DNA from: Asterias rubens
Taxonomy: Eukaryota
DNA: 64,000 bases
Assembly (NCBI RefSeq): GCF_902459465.1
Contig: NC_047063.1
Coordinates: 3,224,001 to 3,288,000, forward strand
Reading direction: 5' to 3'
The position numbers and the translations under genes are program-made. Below the pieces are notes generated by a model. That model searched no databases. It had not been told where the DNA came from and saw only the letters and a list, made by a program, of their open reading frames with translations. Every line of letters starts with the position of its first letter. Positions within the stretch are counted from its first letter, which is position 1. Positions 20,565-32,213 of this stretch are shown in pieces.

Positions 20565-23159
20565 ATGGCAACTTCTGAGCATGCAGTGAAGTTTGAATTG
20601 GAGCTTTTCCCCGGAAGTTCTGTTTATATTGCTCTTTTCAAAGATGTGAAAAATAGTGAGGAACTGAAGAAAAATATCATGGCTGGAGAAATTGATGCAG
20701 TTCTGTTGTCTCCAAAAATGGTATGGTATGGTCCTATGTATGATATGGATCTAATCATTATTAATACAAGCCAAATGGTTTGATTGTCATTTGTTTTTTC
20801 CCCCAGAAAAATTGCTTACTCATGCATCTCAGCTGAACAAAATGACGTATAAATTGTGTACTTCTACACCAATGTCGTCTGTACAACTATAAAAAAAAAT
20901 TACAAGTTTTCTTCACATTTATTATTGTTATAATTACTATACTTAATAGGCTTACATACAAACTTACCGGATAAATTGTTAAGTATAGGTTATGCCTTTT
21001 ATTTTAGTGTGTTATTTTACACAACTTTGAAATAAGATAAGCTTGCCAGAACATTTTTCACTAGGCATAAACATAGAGCAAGGAAGTAGTAGCATAACTA
21101 ATGTGTTGTTGTGTTTTGTACACGTGTTTTTAACTGTAGGCTTACTAACTTTATTTAGTTGTTTTCACCTCCCCCACCTTTTTCCCCCCAAAGATATGAC
21201 TTAGTACACTACATACAAATGTATGACTTCAATCAATCCTTAACCATTCCCCTTCGCTGATAATGCACAGATGGTTAAAATGTCCAAATTTATTAGTACA
21301 TTTATAAAAGTCAACAAGCATCAATGACAAGAATATTAGGCATATTTCATGATGTGAGTTGAGACTAATTTTTTGCTAATTTTTGCTTAGCAGAAATTTG
21401 TGAAACCATATGTTTTTCTGCTAAAACAGCTCTATGACATTAGCCCTTGGTCTTTGGCAACATGGCAGGGGATGGGTGGGGCACTTAAAGTGACAGTTCC
21501 CAATTGCCATACCCCCATACACCAAGATTCCTTCTACGGATAGGTTGTAGACTACGATAAATAACTTTGGTCTGGATTGCTTTTTTAATGCAGATTGTAG
21601 ATCCTTTCCAGCTATTGGTGGCAGCAAATAAAGCTCTACACATCAAGAAAAATGGACTCAAAATGAGCACCAGGAATGTCAACACGGAGGTCCTCTTCAA
21701 CTTGTCTCCTACAAGAAATGTAAGAATCAAACACAGCTAGGATTCACCCTTAAAGGCAGTGGACACTATTGGTAATTGTCAAAGACTAGTCTTCACAGTT
21801 GGTGTATCTCAACATATGCATAAAATAACAAACCTGTGAAAATTTGAGCTCAATCGGTCGTCAAAGTTGCAAGATATCAGTGCATCTAATTTGAGTTGTT
21901 GTTATTTCTCCATCTCTCATATCAGTGCATCTAATTTGAGTTGTTGTTATTTCTCCATCTCTCAGATCAGTGCATCTTTCAAGAGGTTCGGCCTTTCTAA
22001 AGAGGATTCCGGTCTTGTTGTAGTCACCCTTGAGGATGACTCAGGGGAGAAGGTGAATGCTGTGGAGAGACTGGTTCAAGGTGATATTGTACCCCTGGAT
22101 GAACTCAGTAACTTCAATGACTACAGTCTCATTAAGCAGGTATGGCTCTCGCTAAGCATAAACATAAACCAGGGATCAATTTCTCAATAATAACAATAAC
22201 AATAATAACAACTAGTTTTTATGTAGCGCTTTCACACCCAAAGGGCGTCTTAGAGCACTTGCAAGTGTATTACCCCTGATCACTGGGCCAATAATTTATT
22301 CCTTAAACCATCTCAGCTCTCTGGGGAGTATACAGCCTGTGTGCAACAAATGCGCTACTCGGCTAAATCAATCACAAGAACCATCTCTGCCTTCACAGGT
22401 TTTACCCCTTTCCATTTACCCCTAGTTGGAGAGAAACAATTATAGTTGTGTTTCCCAGGGACACAAGTGTCTTGACCGGATTCGAACCCACACTCTGCTA
22501 AGCAGAAACACCAGAGCTTGAGTTCACAATTTGATTTGGTATGGTGCCTAATCACCATTGAAGCGAAATAACCAAACATGGCATGAGAGACAAATCATCA
22601 AATGGTCCTCATTGGGATTTGAACCCAAGACCCCCAACACTCCGGACAGATGCTCTATCAACTGAGCTGTGAGGCACATCGGAATATTCCCTCAGGTTTT
22701 CCATAAGATATGATGTTCACCCTTCTTGTAGTGCCCTGTTTGAACCCTAACACCCTAACCCTTCCATTACCCTCTCTCCATTGTCGCTTAACACCAAATT
22801 GTTTAAACCTGGATACATTTTAATGCCCCCTGCTTACACATAGGATTCAAACTGCCTCTAGCCACTGGGGTACCTCGGTGATCTATTTGTAAGACATCTG
22901 CTCTAGCAATGCAAAGGTCATGGGTTCGAATCCCACTTGAGTGATGTGCCTGTTAATTTTTTCACAGAATTCAGGAAAGTACTTTTTTACAGTACTTTGT
23001 ATACATTTGTGTAAGTGTATATTATAACCAATTATATTTGAAAATTCTTGTTTTTTGTTTCCATTTCTTCAGGTTTACAAAGTGGATGGAGAGGAGCTAG
23101 GTGTGTGTTCTCTACTTGATGCGGTTGTTAGCAGAATGGCAACCAAGGACGCATTATGA
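20565..23159 (+). CDS. TPRKB: EKC/KEOPS complex subunit TPRKB (Cgi121), 180 aa
   Basis: Exons 20565-20720, 21594-21719, 21966-22139, 23073-23159 (TGA), all phase 0. Motifs [63 protein letters not shown] match the Cgi121 family. Confidence 0.95.
21750..21875. mobile_element. MITE family A, left third only
   Basis: TTAAAGGCAGTGGACAC start; truncated at GTTGCAAGAT, abutting the 45-bp duplication. Confidence 0.85.
21876..21965 (+). repeat. 45-bp tandem duplication of the TPRKB exon 3 acceptor region
   Basis: Units 21876-21920 and 21921-21965 differ only at the last base (CAT vs CAG). Confidence 0.95.
22186..22525 (-). mobile_element. tRNA-derived SINE
   Basis: (AAT/AAC)n tail, central block and GGATTCGAACCCAC B box on the minus strand. 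Confidence 0.75.
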
Positions 23160-23401
23160 AACATACTCTTGGCACTATAAGTAACTTTGGCATGAGTTGA
23201 AGAGTCATGAATGTAAGGCAGTATCATTATATATTTCCATTTAGTGATACTATGAATGGAACTGTCTGTAGCAGCTTCCAGCATCAGATAAGGCCCTGCC
23301 AATGCCGTGCAGTTTTTTGTTATTTTTTTTTTTTTATAATTTTAGATTTTACAATTTTGTTTCTTCAAAAGACAACTATTGGTAAGACACTGCTCTAGAA
23401 T

Positions 23402-23613
23402 AGACCCTTCCCATGAAATATGTAAATTGCACATAGCGCTTGCGCACTAAGGTTTTGGTTGGCAAAATGAGGGAATATCGCGCTGTTTTGTACACGGCTA
23501 ATGGGTGCGTGACGCAGACGCGATTGCTTAGTGCACAACTCTATGGTGTTTGCCAATCAACAGGGTCTGTACGCATGCGTGAATGTAACTAGCATATTTC
23601 ATGGGAAGGGTCC
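23402..23613. mobile_element. MITE with 2-bp AT target duplication (ISL2EU-like)
   Basis: TIR AGACCCTTCCCATGAAATATG / CATATTTCATGGGAAGGGTCC; removing it and one AT restores host CTAGAATTGCA. Confidence 0.75.
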
Positions 23614-25804
23614 ATTGCAAAGCTTGTGGGTTAAATCCCACCCGAGTAATATGCCTGTGATTTTGTTCACAGAGCTTGGGAAAGTACCGAGTGTACAGTG
23701 ATAACACACATCAGTGTATAAATGGGTAAAACCAAAATTAGTATTTTTTATCCCTGATGTAAATTTCCGTCTATTAAATACAAGTATTGTTGTTGCCCAT
23801 AGTAGGCTAAAGGTGTACTGTCATTGTCTAGGGTGTCCGTCCTGTCCAGCCAGCCGGCTGGTCTTCCGGCTGAGAACTTTCAGTGCCAGACTGTAAACCC
23901 AGTAAGAAGTGAAATTAGTGGAAATCCCCTTGGGAAGAAAAGTTGGTATTGCTTAGGGGTCAAAAGGTCAAATGTCGAGGTCACAGTGGTGAGTTATACC
24001 TGAATGGTTTTTGCATCTGTCTCAAGTTCTGATGGTTGAATCATCTAGAGTGTGGGTTTGACTTCCAGTCATGACACTTGTGTCTTTGAGCAAGGCACTT
24101 AACCATAATTGTTTCCCTTAACCTAGGTGTATAAATGGGAGCATGAGAGGGCTGAGACAGTATTGTGTTGGGTTAACCCTAGCCATCAGTGCAAATTAAT
24201 TAAGCAGCTTGGGGCCGTATGCACCAGGAATTTCATCTTTGAGAAGGCAATGCCATTTTCATTTTGCAAAGGGCACTTCCATTGGAAAATCTTAAAGTCT
24301 ATGGGAAACTTTTGAAGTGGCACCACGGCCAAGACCAGGGCAGCACATCAGTGGCCTTCGTGAAATTCCAGGCCTGCTCCCCAGGGAGATGAGAAAGTTT
24401 GAGGGAATGGTCTATGCTCGATGAACTGGGATCATAGTGTTGTTGGAAAGTGCCTTGATCTAGCTACTTGGATATGGACACTATATAAGAGCAAATTATT
24501 GTTTGTTGTAGGAGACAACAGTTTTCAAAAGTGAGTTGTCTACTTCAGATGACATCTTGATACTTCAAGTTTATTTTAGGAGTATTTGCATTTGTTGTGT
24601 TGTACAGTGTAAAAGACCTTGGTAAAGATCTGATCTTTCTGTTTCCAATGATGGTAAGCTTAGGTATGCGGGTCTGCATGCTTCGTTTTTGAAAGGGCAT
24701 TGGCACCAAGGCATTTTCTCCTTGGTAAAGGGCACCCTATGACGAAATCGTAAATTTCTATTGGCTCATTTCAAGGGCACCAAGGCAATGAACAGGGGGC
24801 GTGGAGGCAATCGCCTTTGTTGCCTCTGTGAAGTATCTAGCCTGGGTATGGAGGGGGAACATGGACAAAACTACATTTTTTTTTTTAAATGGCTGTTGTG
24901 CTCTGGCTTGAGTGCGTTTTGTGTGTTTTCTTGGGCAACTAAAGTCTCTAGAGCAGGTATAGTGCAAAGCTGACTTAAGTCGCCGTTGAGGCTAAATTGG
25001 CTATTACATGGTTTTTGCCTTATTTTAGGGTTTTATTTTATGTTACAGACTGAGGTGATATTGAAATAAATGTAAACACTAAGAAATTTGAAATCCTGCA
25101 TGGCTTGATGTTTACGTGTACGTGTCGGCTGCATAAATACAAAGAGTAAAGATAGGTATCATAATTTGTTTAATATATTTTTATCGACTAGCTATGGACT
25201 AATGAAGGAGCAAGATAATTTATTCATTTTTTTCTTGTTACTTTTTACTTATTCATTATGTTTGTACACTGATTGATTGGTTATTTTCTTGCAGCAATTA
25301 AAAAGGCTTTCGGGGACAATCATGTGAATAATCTTTCCACCGGTTTCTCCTATAAATTTGTAGTCACTGATTGTCACCTACAAGCATGTCACTTGGAAAG
25401 GAGTAGGAAAATTGTATTCAGTACAAAGACTGACCTATCAATATCATGTACACATTTCAGGCTATTTCATTACAATGTTTCTTATTTTCCCAATGGCAAA
25501 ATAAATCGGAAATCAGACTCTATGAAGAATAGCATGCCTGCACCTACACGTTTTAGGTCATGTCTCACTCTACTTAATACACCATGTGCATGGTGACCAT
25601 GCAAAGCTTCAAATCGTACTTTTTTTTATCGTCTAAGACTTGTTTTTTTGTTTATTTAGTTATTCCTTCATACTTTTTTAATTTATACTGGCCTATTAAT
25701 AGGGATTTTGGTAGCATTCCTTTCGAAGGTGACGAAAGCATTGCGAGAATGTTATAAACTTGGCCCTTAAAAAACACACAAAAATAGGTGTCTACCTTGT
25801 CTGT

Positions 25805-25866
25805 CCCCCCCCCCCCCACCCCCCCCCCCCCCCCCCCACCCCACCACCACCACCACCACCACCACC
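25805..25866. repeat. Poly-C and (CCA)n tract
   Basis: Long C runs followed by CCA repeats. Confidence 0.9.
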
Positions 25867-26364
25867 CATACACACCTTGCTGGCTGAGCAATACCTTTGT
25901 GTGACGAACCAATATTTGCAATGAACCTTGGGGAAATATTCTGTTACAAAAAACACATGGTAATATCTTAATTAATTTTGAATGCACCATGTGCATAGGA
26001 ATGAAGCTCGTGTGCGTCATATTTTGTTTAATTTATTCATGACATTTCTAACAAAAGCCTGCTCCTCTATTACATATTCAGCAGGTATTTTCGCGCGCAC
26101 CCCCATGTACACTACCTGTCTTTGACTTTCTGCCGACACTGACCTAAAACACAATAGGTAATTGTTGTATGAGGCGAGTGGTTGATTTGATCTTCGTTTA
26201 GCTACAGCAGGAATATTATTTTGCCAACTTCTAAGATGGACTGGGTAGACGAAAACAAATAATTCCTTGTTATTTTTTGAGGAATAGTATTACATGAAAA
26301 GTAACTTTTGCTTGTGATAGCGGAGTAGAAGAAATAGGGAATTTTATAATAATTATCTACAGTA

Positions 26365-29300
26365 ATGTCCGGCTCAGAAACCAACATGTTTAAAGATTCG
26401 TTTCAAGGTGGTTTTTTGTCAATACTGTACGGAATCGGAAGTAAACCTCTGCAGATCTGGAGCAAGGAGGTAAGCTGTGCTCATTATAATTTTTATTTTA
26501 AATTGGATAGTGTTTTTTTTACCAGAAGATGTTCATGTCATGATTTGACAGTTTACCGTTGCCATGGCAGAGTTGTTATTAGCCTGTCCACCGTTGAGCC
26601 ATTTTACTGTAATTATCATGATTAATATTTTTTGGACACGTTGCTATGGCAACCTTACTGCAGTAATCATGGTCGGCTGATCGACCTGTTCCATCATGCT
26701 TATTAGACTATTCCTCACTCATCCGTGAGGCGAATTCTATTCATTAAAAATAATAAAAATGAAATTAAATTCTGTCATCTTTTCCAGTACAATTATGCGA
26801 GTTAGTTTCAGGCGAAAATTGACAAGTACTTTTTGCAATGGTTCGAGCTACATAAGGAGTTTGTAGGTTGAAACGGGGGGGGGGGGGGGGGGGTTACGAG
26901 TTGCAATGATAGTAGTTGGTGAGCATGTTTTTTTTAAATTTTATTTTTAGGCCAAGGTCTATATATTGTTTGTACTATAAATGGCCGGTAGAAAACAACT
27001 GTCCCTGACGCAGATCATTTTTTTTTCTTCTTCTGGGTTTGCAGGCCAAAGCAGCGCTTTAATTTGAAGGCCTTTTGTACTATAATTTATTTTGTCTCTG
27101 CATTTTGGCACTCTCGACATTACCCTAGAAAGTTACATTTAAGGGGGAGTAGCTTAATACCGTTGTACTTTGACAGAGTAAATTCAATCCTTTTCTCTAG
27201 TTTTAAATAAACACATGCACCCGTATTATACTACGCAAAGCCTTGTCAGTTCGGTAGTACGTTTTGAATTAATTATTTGACTTAATTGGCTTATTTTGAT
27301 TGTGGCAACCAACAATATTGAGCAGGTAGAAAGTAACTGTTAATTGCAAATTGTCTTTTTCTGGTTTTACAGGTCAAGAACGGCCACGTGGAAAGAGTGA
27401 CAGACAACGACATTCAGTCATACGTCATTGAAATCGTGGGCACAAACGTCTGCACAACGTACATCACATGCCCGAGTGAACCCAAGAAGACCCTAGGTAT
27501 CAAACTGCCATTTTTGGTGATGATCGTCAAAAATCTCAAGAAATATTTCACCTTCGAGGTGCAAGTGCTGGATGATAACAACGTGAAGAGACGATTCCGG
27601 GCCAGCAATTACCAAAGTATGACTAGGGTGAAACCCTTTGTCTGTACAATGCCGATGAGGTTGGATAAAGGATGGAACCAGATTCAGGTTGGTTTGAAGA
27701 GAGCAACACAAACAGTAGGGCTTATCTTGAAATCACGCTATAACAAGCATTATGAGAGGACTATATAGATGAAATTTAAAACCCAAACTAAGTCAAGGCA
27801 GATTTTGTTTAGTTTTCCAAAAGTGCAATGTGCCGGAGGAAAGTGTCCTTCATAGCCAAGACTGGACCATTCCAATGATTTGTATAACTCTTGGGGTTAC
27901 TCCCGCACTTATGAAGTGTTTTTAAAATTACCGAGCAAAAGCACGTGCACGAATAAAAACGACGAGAACACTGAGGAGGCTAGAAAGGCCTTGAGCCTGT
28001 ATGGAACTACTCTAATTCTTAAAGGGAAGGTGTACGCGGTTTGTACCCGTCAAAGACCAGTCTTCTCACTTGTTGTATCCCATCATAACCATAAAATAAC
28101 AAGCGATTGCTATTATCTTCTGTGCTTTTTTATATGCCATCTCTTGCCTTCAAAGTATTTTGGGGGATTTAGGAGACATACGCCTTTTGGCGATAGTTAT
28201 TGTTTTTTTACTTTTATGCTCTCCTGTGCACCCCACTGTTGTTTTACTTTGTTTTCTTAAATTATGTTTAATGTATGTACATGTGCTTGTAGATGTGATT
28301 GCCCGAATAAATATTATTATTATTATTATTAAGCCTGTGAAAATTTGGGCTCAATTGATCATCGAAGTTGCGAGAAAAATAATGGTGAAAGAAAACACAC
28401 TCTTGTTGGACGAATTTGTATGCTTTAAGACAAGAATAAAAGACTTCTAGCTAGAAGTCTTTTATTATTTTAGTGAGAAATAACCTCTTTCTCAAAAACT
28501 ACGTTACTTCATAGGGAGCCGTTTCTCACAATGTTGTATACTATCAACAGCTCCCCATTGCTCGTTACCAAGTCAGCTTTTAAGTTAATATTTGTTTTGA
28601 GTAATTACCAAACGTGTACCTTCCCTTTAACTGAGTGATTTTCTTGTAATTATAAAAACTCGACTGCCTGCAAGTGATGACATGTACAAGAAAACATTGA
28701 ATGTTTATAATTATTCATCATTGCGACTTACTCAGTGCGACATGGGAATAATTTATGGTGAAAAGTTAGAGGGTAATTAATAATTTCCACTAACCTCTAT
28801 AATGTACCATTGTTTATTCTTTTTTTCATGCAGTTTAACTTATCAGACTTTACCAAGCGGGCATACGGCACGAACTACAAAGAGACCCTTAGAGTACAGG
28901 TGAGCACAACATAATTATTGTCGGTATTTTTAATCAATGTATCATTTCAAGAGGTCATGGTAGCTTTTTGCGACATCGCCGAAAATCTGTCTATGACCTA
29001 TGTCCACGCGGAAAGAAGATTCCGTAATTAGAATGCACTGTCTGAGAAGCGCTTCATGCAGAAACGTTTTTCAGGTCGAAATGTTGTTGAATCCCTCTTT
29101 CACTAAAACCACATTCTTGAAGGGAAATATTTCTCAAAAATGTTATACATTACCAACAGCTGCAGTGCTTCTTACCGAGGAAGTTTTGATGGTCGTTAAT
29201 TTTGTAGTAATTACCTCTGAAAGGTGCACCCTGCCTTTAAAGACAGTGGACACTATTGATAATTGTCAAAGACCAGTCTTCTCACTTGGTGTATCTCAAC

Positions 29301-29832
29301 ATATGCATAAAATAACAAACCTGTAAAAATTTGAGCTCAATCGGTTGTAGAAGTTGCGAGATAATAATGAAAGAAAAAAACACCCTTGTCACACGAAGTT
29401 GTGTGCTTTCTGATGCTTGATTTCGAGACCTCAAGTTCTAAACTTGAGGTCTCGTTCGTGGAAAATTACTTCTTTCTCGAAAACTACTTCACTTCAGAGG
29501 GAGCTGTTTCTCACAATGTTTTATTATCAACCTCTCCCCATTACTGGTAATAAAGACATGTTTTGTGATGATTATTATTTTGAGTAATTACCAATAGTGT
29601 CCACTGCCTTTAAGCTTGTGGATTACATTCCTTGTTCACTTTGGAGTTCAGCTATTAAACCTGCATAATTTCATAATTCTTGTTTCTCACTGCATGTTTT
29701 GCATTCTCTTGATAGATCCATGCCAACTGTCGAACTCGCCGTGTGTATTTCACAGACCGGCTGTATTCTGAGGACGAACTACCCAAAGAGTTCAAGCTCT
29801 ATCTACCTGCCTGCAAGGGCACTCCAAAATAA
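26365..29832 (+). CDS. CFAP20: Cilia- and flagella-associated protein 20 (Bug22/GTL3 family); 200 aa from the first ATG, 193 aa from ATG 26386
   Basis: Exons 26365-26469, 27373-27687, 28834-28899, 29716-29832 (TAA). Motifs [78 protein letters not shown]. Confidence 0.96.
26558..26653. promoter_or_regulatory. Pair of RFX X-box motifs in CFAP20 intron 1
   Basis: GTTGCCATGGCAGA at 26558-26571 and GTTGCTATGGCAAC at 26640-26653; the second fits GTHNYYATRRNAAC exactly. Confidence 0.55.
28019..28630. mobile_element. MITE family A variant (AGGGAAGGTACAC TIR) with a nested retroposon tail
   Basis: TTAAAGGGAAGGTGTAC...GTGTACCTTCCCTTTAA; interrupted at 28105-28330. Confidence 0.8.
28105..28330 (+). 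mobile_element. 5'-truncated non-LTR retroposon 3' end with (ATT)n tail
   Basis: Ends AATAAATATTATTATT...; flanked by AAGC direct repeats; homologous to the reverse complement of about 2272-2490. Confidence 0.7.
29237..29613. mobile_element. MITE family A
   Basis: TTAAAGACAGTGGACAC...GTGTCCACTGCCTTTAA; its left TTAA is shared with the end of an older related element (about 28960-29240). Confidence 0.85.
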
Positions 29833-30944
29833 ACTCGGGTATCAACCCTTGGTGTGATCCCTGGCTATACACGGCAGTTACAGGTTGCATGGCTTCTGAC
29901 GGACACCCCTCTGAACAAATAAAACAATATGGACAAAAATATATGGAGATCGTCAACTTAAGGCTCATTGGTAAAGCTAGCAGGGCTATGTAAAAATTGC
30001 TCCTTGGTTGGTTGTAGAGCGCATGCACGTTAATTCAGAGGACGTTGCATGGTTCAACCCCCGCTTTGGTAAATTAATTTGTCTTTGTTTAATCCCAGAA
30101 GTCATGTAAATGCTGATTATTGAATCATTTTTAATTTTCTACTTGCAAAATGAAAACGATAAGAAGCAAGCACCGTTGTGCTTATAATTGGAGCTTACAA
30201 AAAACAGTGAGTGTGTTTTTCTGTCCGTGTTATCTATTCATAATATATTTATTTGATCATGGCTTGAAGTTATTTTCTGCCCGTTTTGTTTCTTCGGTAT
30301 TTTTGTGTGTTTATTTTGGTGTTTTTGTTATGTTTTCATGTTTGGTGTCGGTTTGTGGCGAGCTGTTCCATGAACAAAATAATTATTTCAAATAAAAAAA
30401 TGGAATAACAATAAATTGGTCCTGTACAGTTATTTTGTTGCGTGGCCACTCAACAACATTACGCGGTCTGATTGATTTTTTTAGTGCAATTCTTTTAATT
30501 CGTTGAAAAAATACAATTATGTACGGACAGGTTCCCAAGTTGTATCACCATTGCATGTGTGATGAGCATCATCGTGGTCATAATCATCATCATCGAATGA
30601 CTAGGCCTACTCACTTGTGATGATATAGCCTACAAACGGACTGTAACTATGGTTTTTAATTTAGAAAACGAACCAAGTCCTTTGTGTACGACAGATGTTT
30701 TTAATTTTATGAGGGGTGGAGGGGGGTGCGTTGCTGGGTGTGGTCAGCTCCAGACGGTCCGTGGGGACAGGACCCCAATGAGATACCCTGATTATATGGC
30801 AAACTGTGAACTATTTTCGTATGATAGCGCGACCGCTTTTTTATCAACTTCCTGGATCCATGTTTATTTCTGGAAGGGGGGGGGGGGGGGCACGACCAGT
30901 TTTCTTCGCCGGGGACACTGATACTTTTTGTTTATACTCTTAAA

Positions 30945-31129
30945 CTACAGAGGGCGCTATTCAAGAGCGCTTTCGGAATGTCTGATACCCAGGCCCGTTT
31001 GTTTACAGATAAATGACTAGTAATGTCGGTACCAGACTATAAGAAGAATCCCATGGCAGCGCCCAGTTTGTGGAAGTGTCGCGGAATGTATTGACTAAAA
31101 AAACTACACAACTACTACACAAATACAAG
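30945..31129 (+). promoter_or_regulatory. Putative KLHDC8 promoter and non-coding first exon
   Basis: Locally CpG-rich; CTCF-like ACAGAGGGCGCTA near 30947 and GGAAGT at 31073; strong donor AAG|GTAAGG at 31129/31130. A second candidate UTR exon is 31951-31991 and the coding exon has an acceptor at 32166. Confidence 0.4.
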
Positions 31130-31851
31130 GTAAGGAGAGACTATTTTTGTATAATAATAACAATACACTGATAAGTTTTATGGTGTGGAATTATAATAAG
31201 AATTTCTGACAAAGTGTGTTACTTAAGTTATATTAATTTTTATAATAATATTATTTACTGTCGCAGTGTCGGTTTTTGTTTCTACCTCGTCGTTCATCCC
31301 AGTTGAGTTGGCTGTGTTGTATTTTGATAGAGTTTAGACTGTTGGATTGTGAACCTGAATGTGACTTAGGCTTAGCGTTATCACTGTTAGTTATGTCATC
31401 ATCATCATCATCATCTTTATATACTGTGCAGAAACCTCCTCTGGAGTATACTCACACATACTCCAGAGGAGGTTTCTGCACAGTAGGAAGATGATGATAG
31501 TTGATACTCGCACTGTCGCACATTTTTTGTCAGTGATTAGGCCGGGTCTGTAACTGTAAGTGTAAGTGAATCCCTGCTGTATACTATCAGTTGTTCCTGT
31601 GCCAACTCAACTGTACTGGCTATCTGTGAGTGTGATGGGTGGCCCCACAAATTGGTTCAATCCATTCCGTATCATACAGACAGAGTGGATTGGACTAATT
31701 CATGGAGCTAGGCTTTGTCTTGTGATTGGGTGTGGCTGTGTTTGTATTTTTATTTAATTTACATGTAGCCCCCACCCCCCCTTTTGTTAAAAGGTCTCTT
31801 GAACTTTCAATTTGCCAAAAAGCCTAATCTAAAAAAGGGCACAGTAACTTG

Positions 31852-31913
31852 ACACTGACAGTGACAGTGACACTGACAGTGACAGTGACACTGACAGTGA
31901 CAGTGACACTGAC
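31852..31913. repeat. (GACA[C/G]T)n hexamer microsatellite
   Basis: GACACTGACAGTGACAGT repeats; a similar tract is at about 54230-54263. Confidence 0.85.
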
Positions 31914-32213
31914 ATTCAGTTTGATTGATTTCGGGCCTTCACTTTTTCAGATTTCAGTTAGTGCTGCTGCAGTAACTTTGTTTGAATAAAGGTAATATTA
32001 TTATAAAATGTTAGATTACAGTGTGAAGTTCATGTCTGCTTTCATTCAGTCAATGAGAATGCTGTTATGTATTCTTTTTAAAGTCAATTTATCTTCCTTC
32101 ATTCAAAGTTTTAATTTGTAAATATAGTTTAATATAACTTATATTTTTATGTTGTTCCTGTTTCAGGGCGATCAATAATATTTAAAAAACTATTTTGGTG
32201 AGAAATAAAAAAT

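Noticed and set aside
21867-22190. ORF with a repeated [14 protein letters not shown] peptide as a real repeat protein
   Set aside because: Read-through of the intronic 45-bp duplication into TPRKB exon 3; only 21966-22139 matches Cgi121.
25652-26020. 122-aa ORF with poly-W/poly-G
   Set aside because: Produced by the (CCA)n and poly-C tract; no coding signal.
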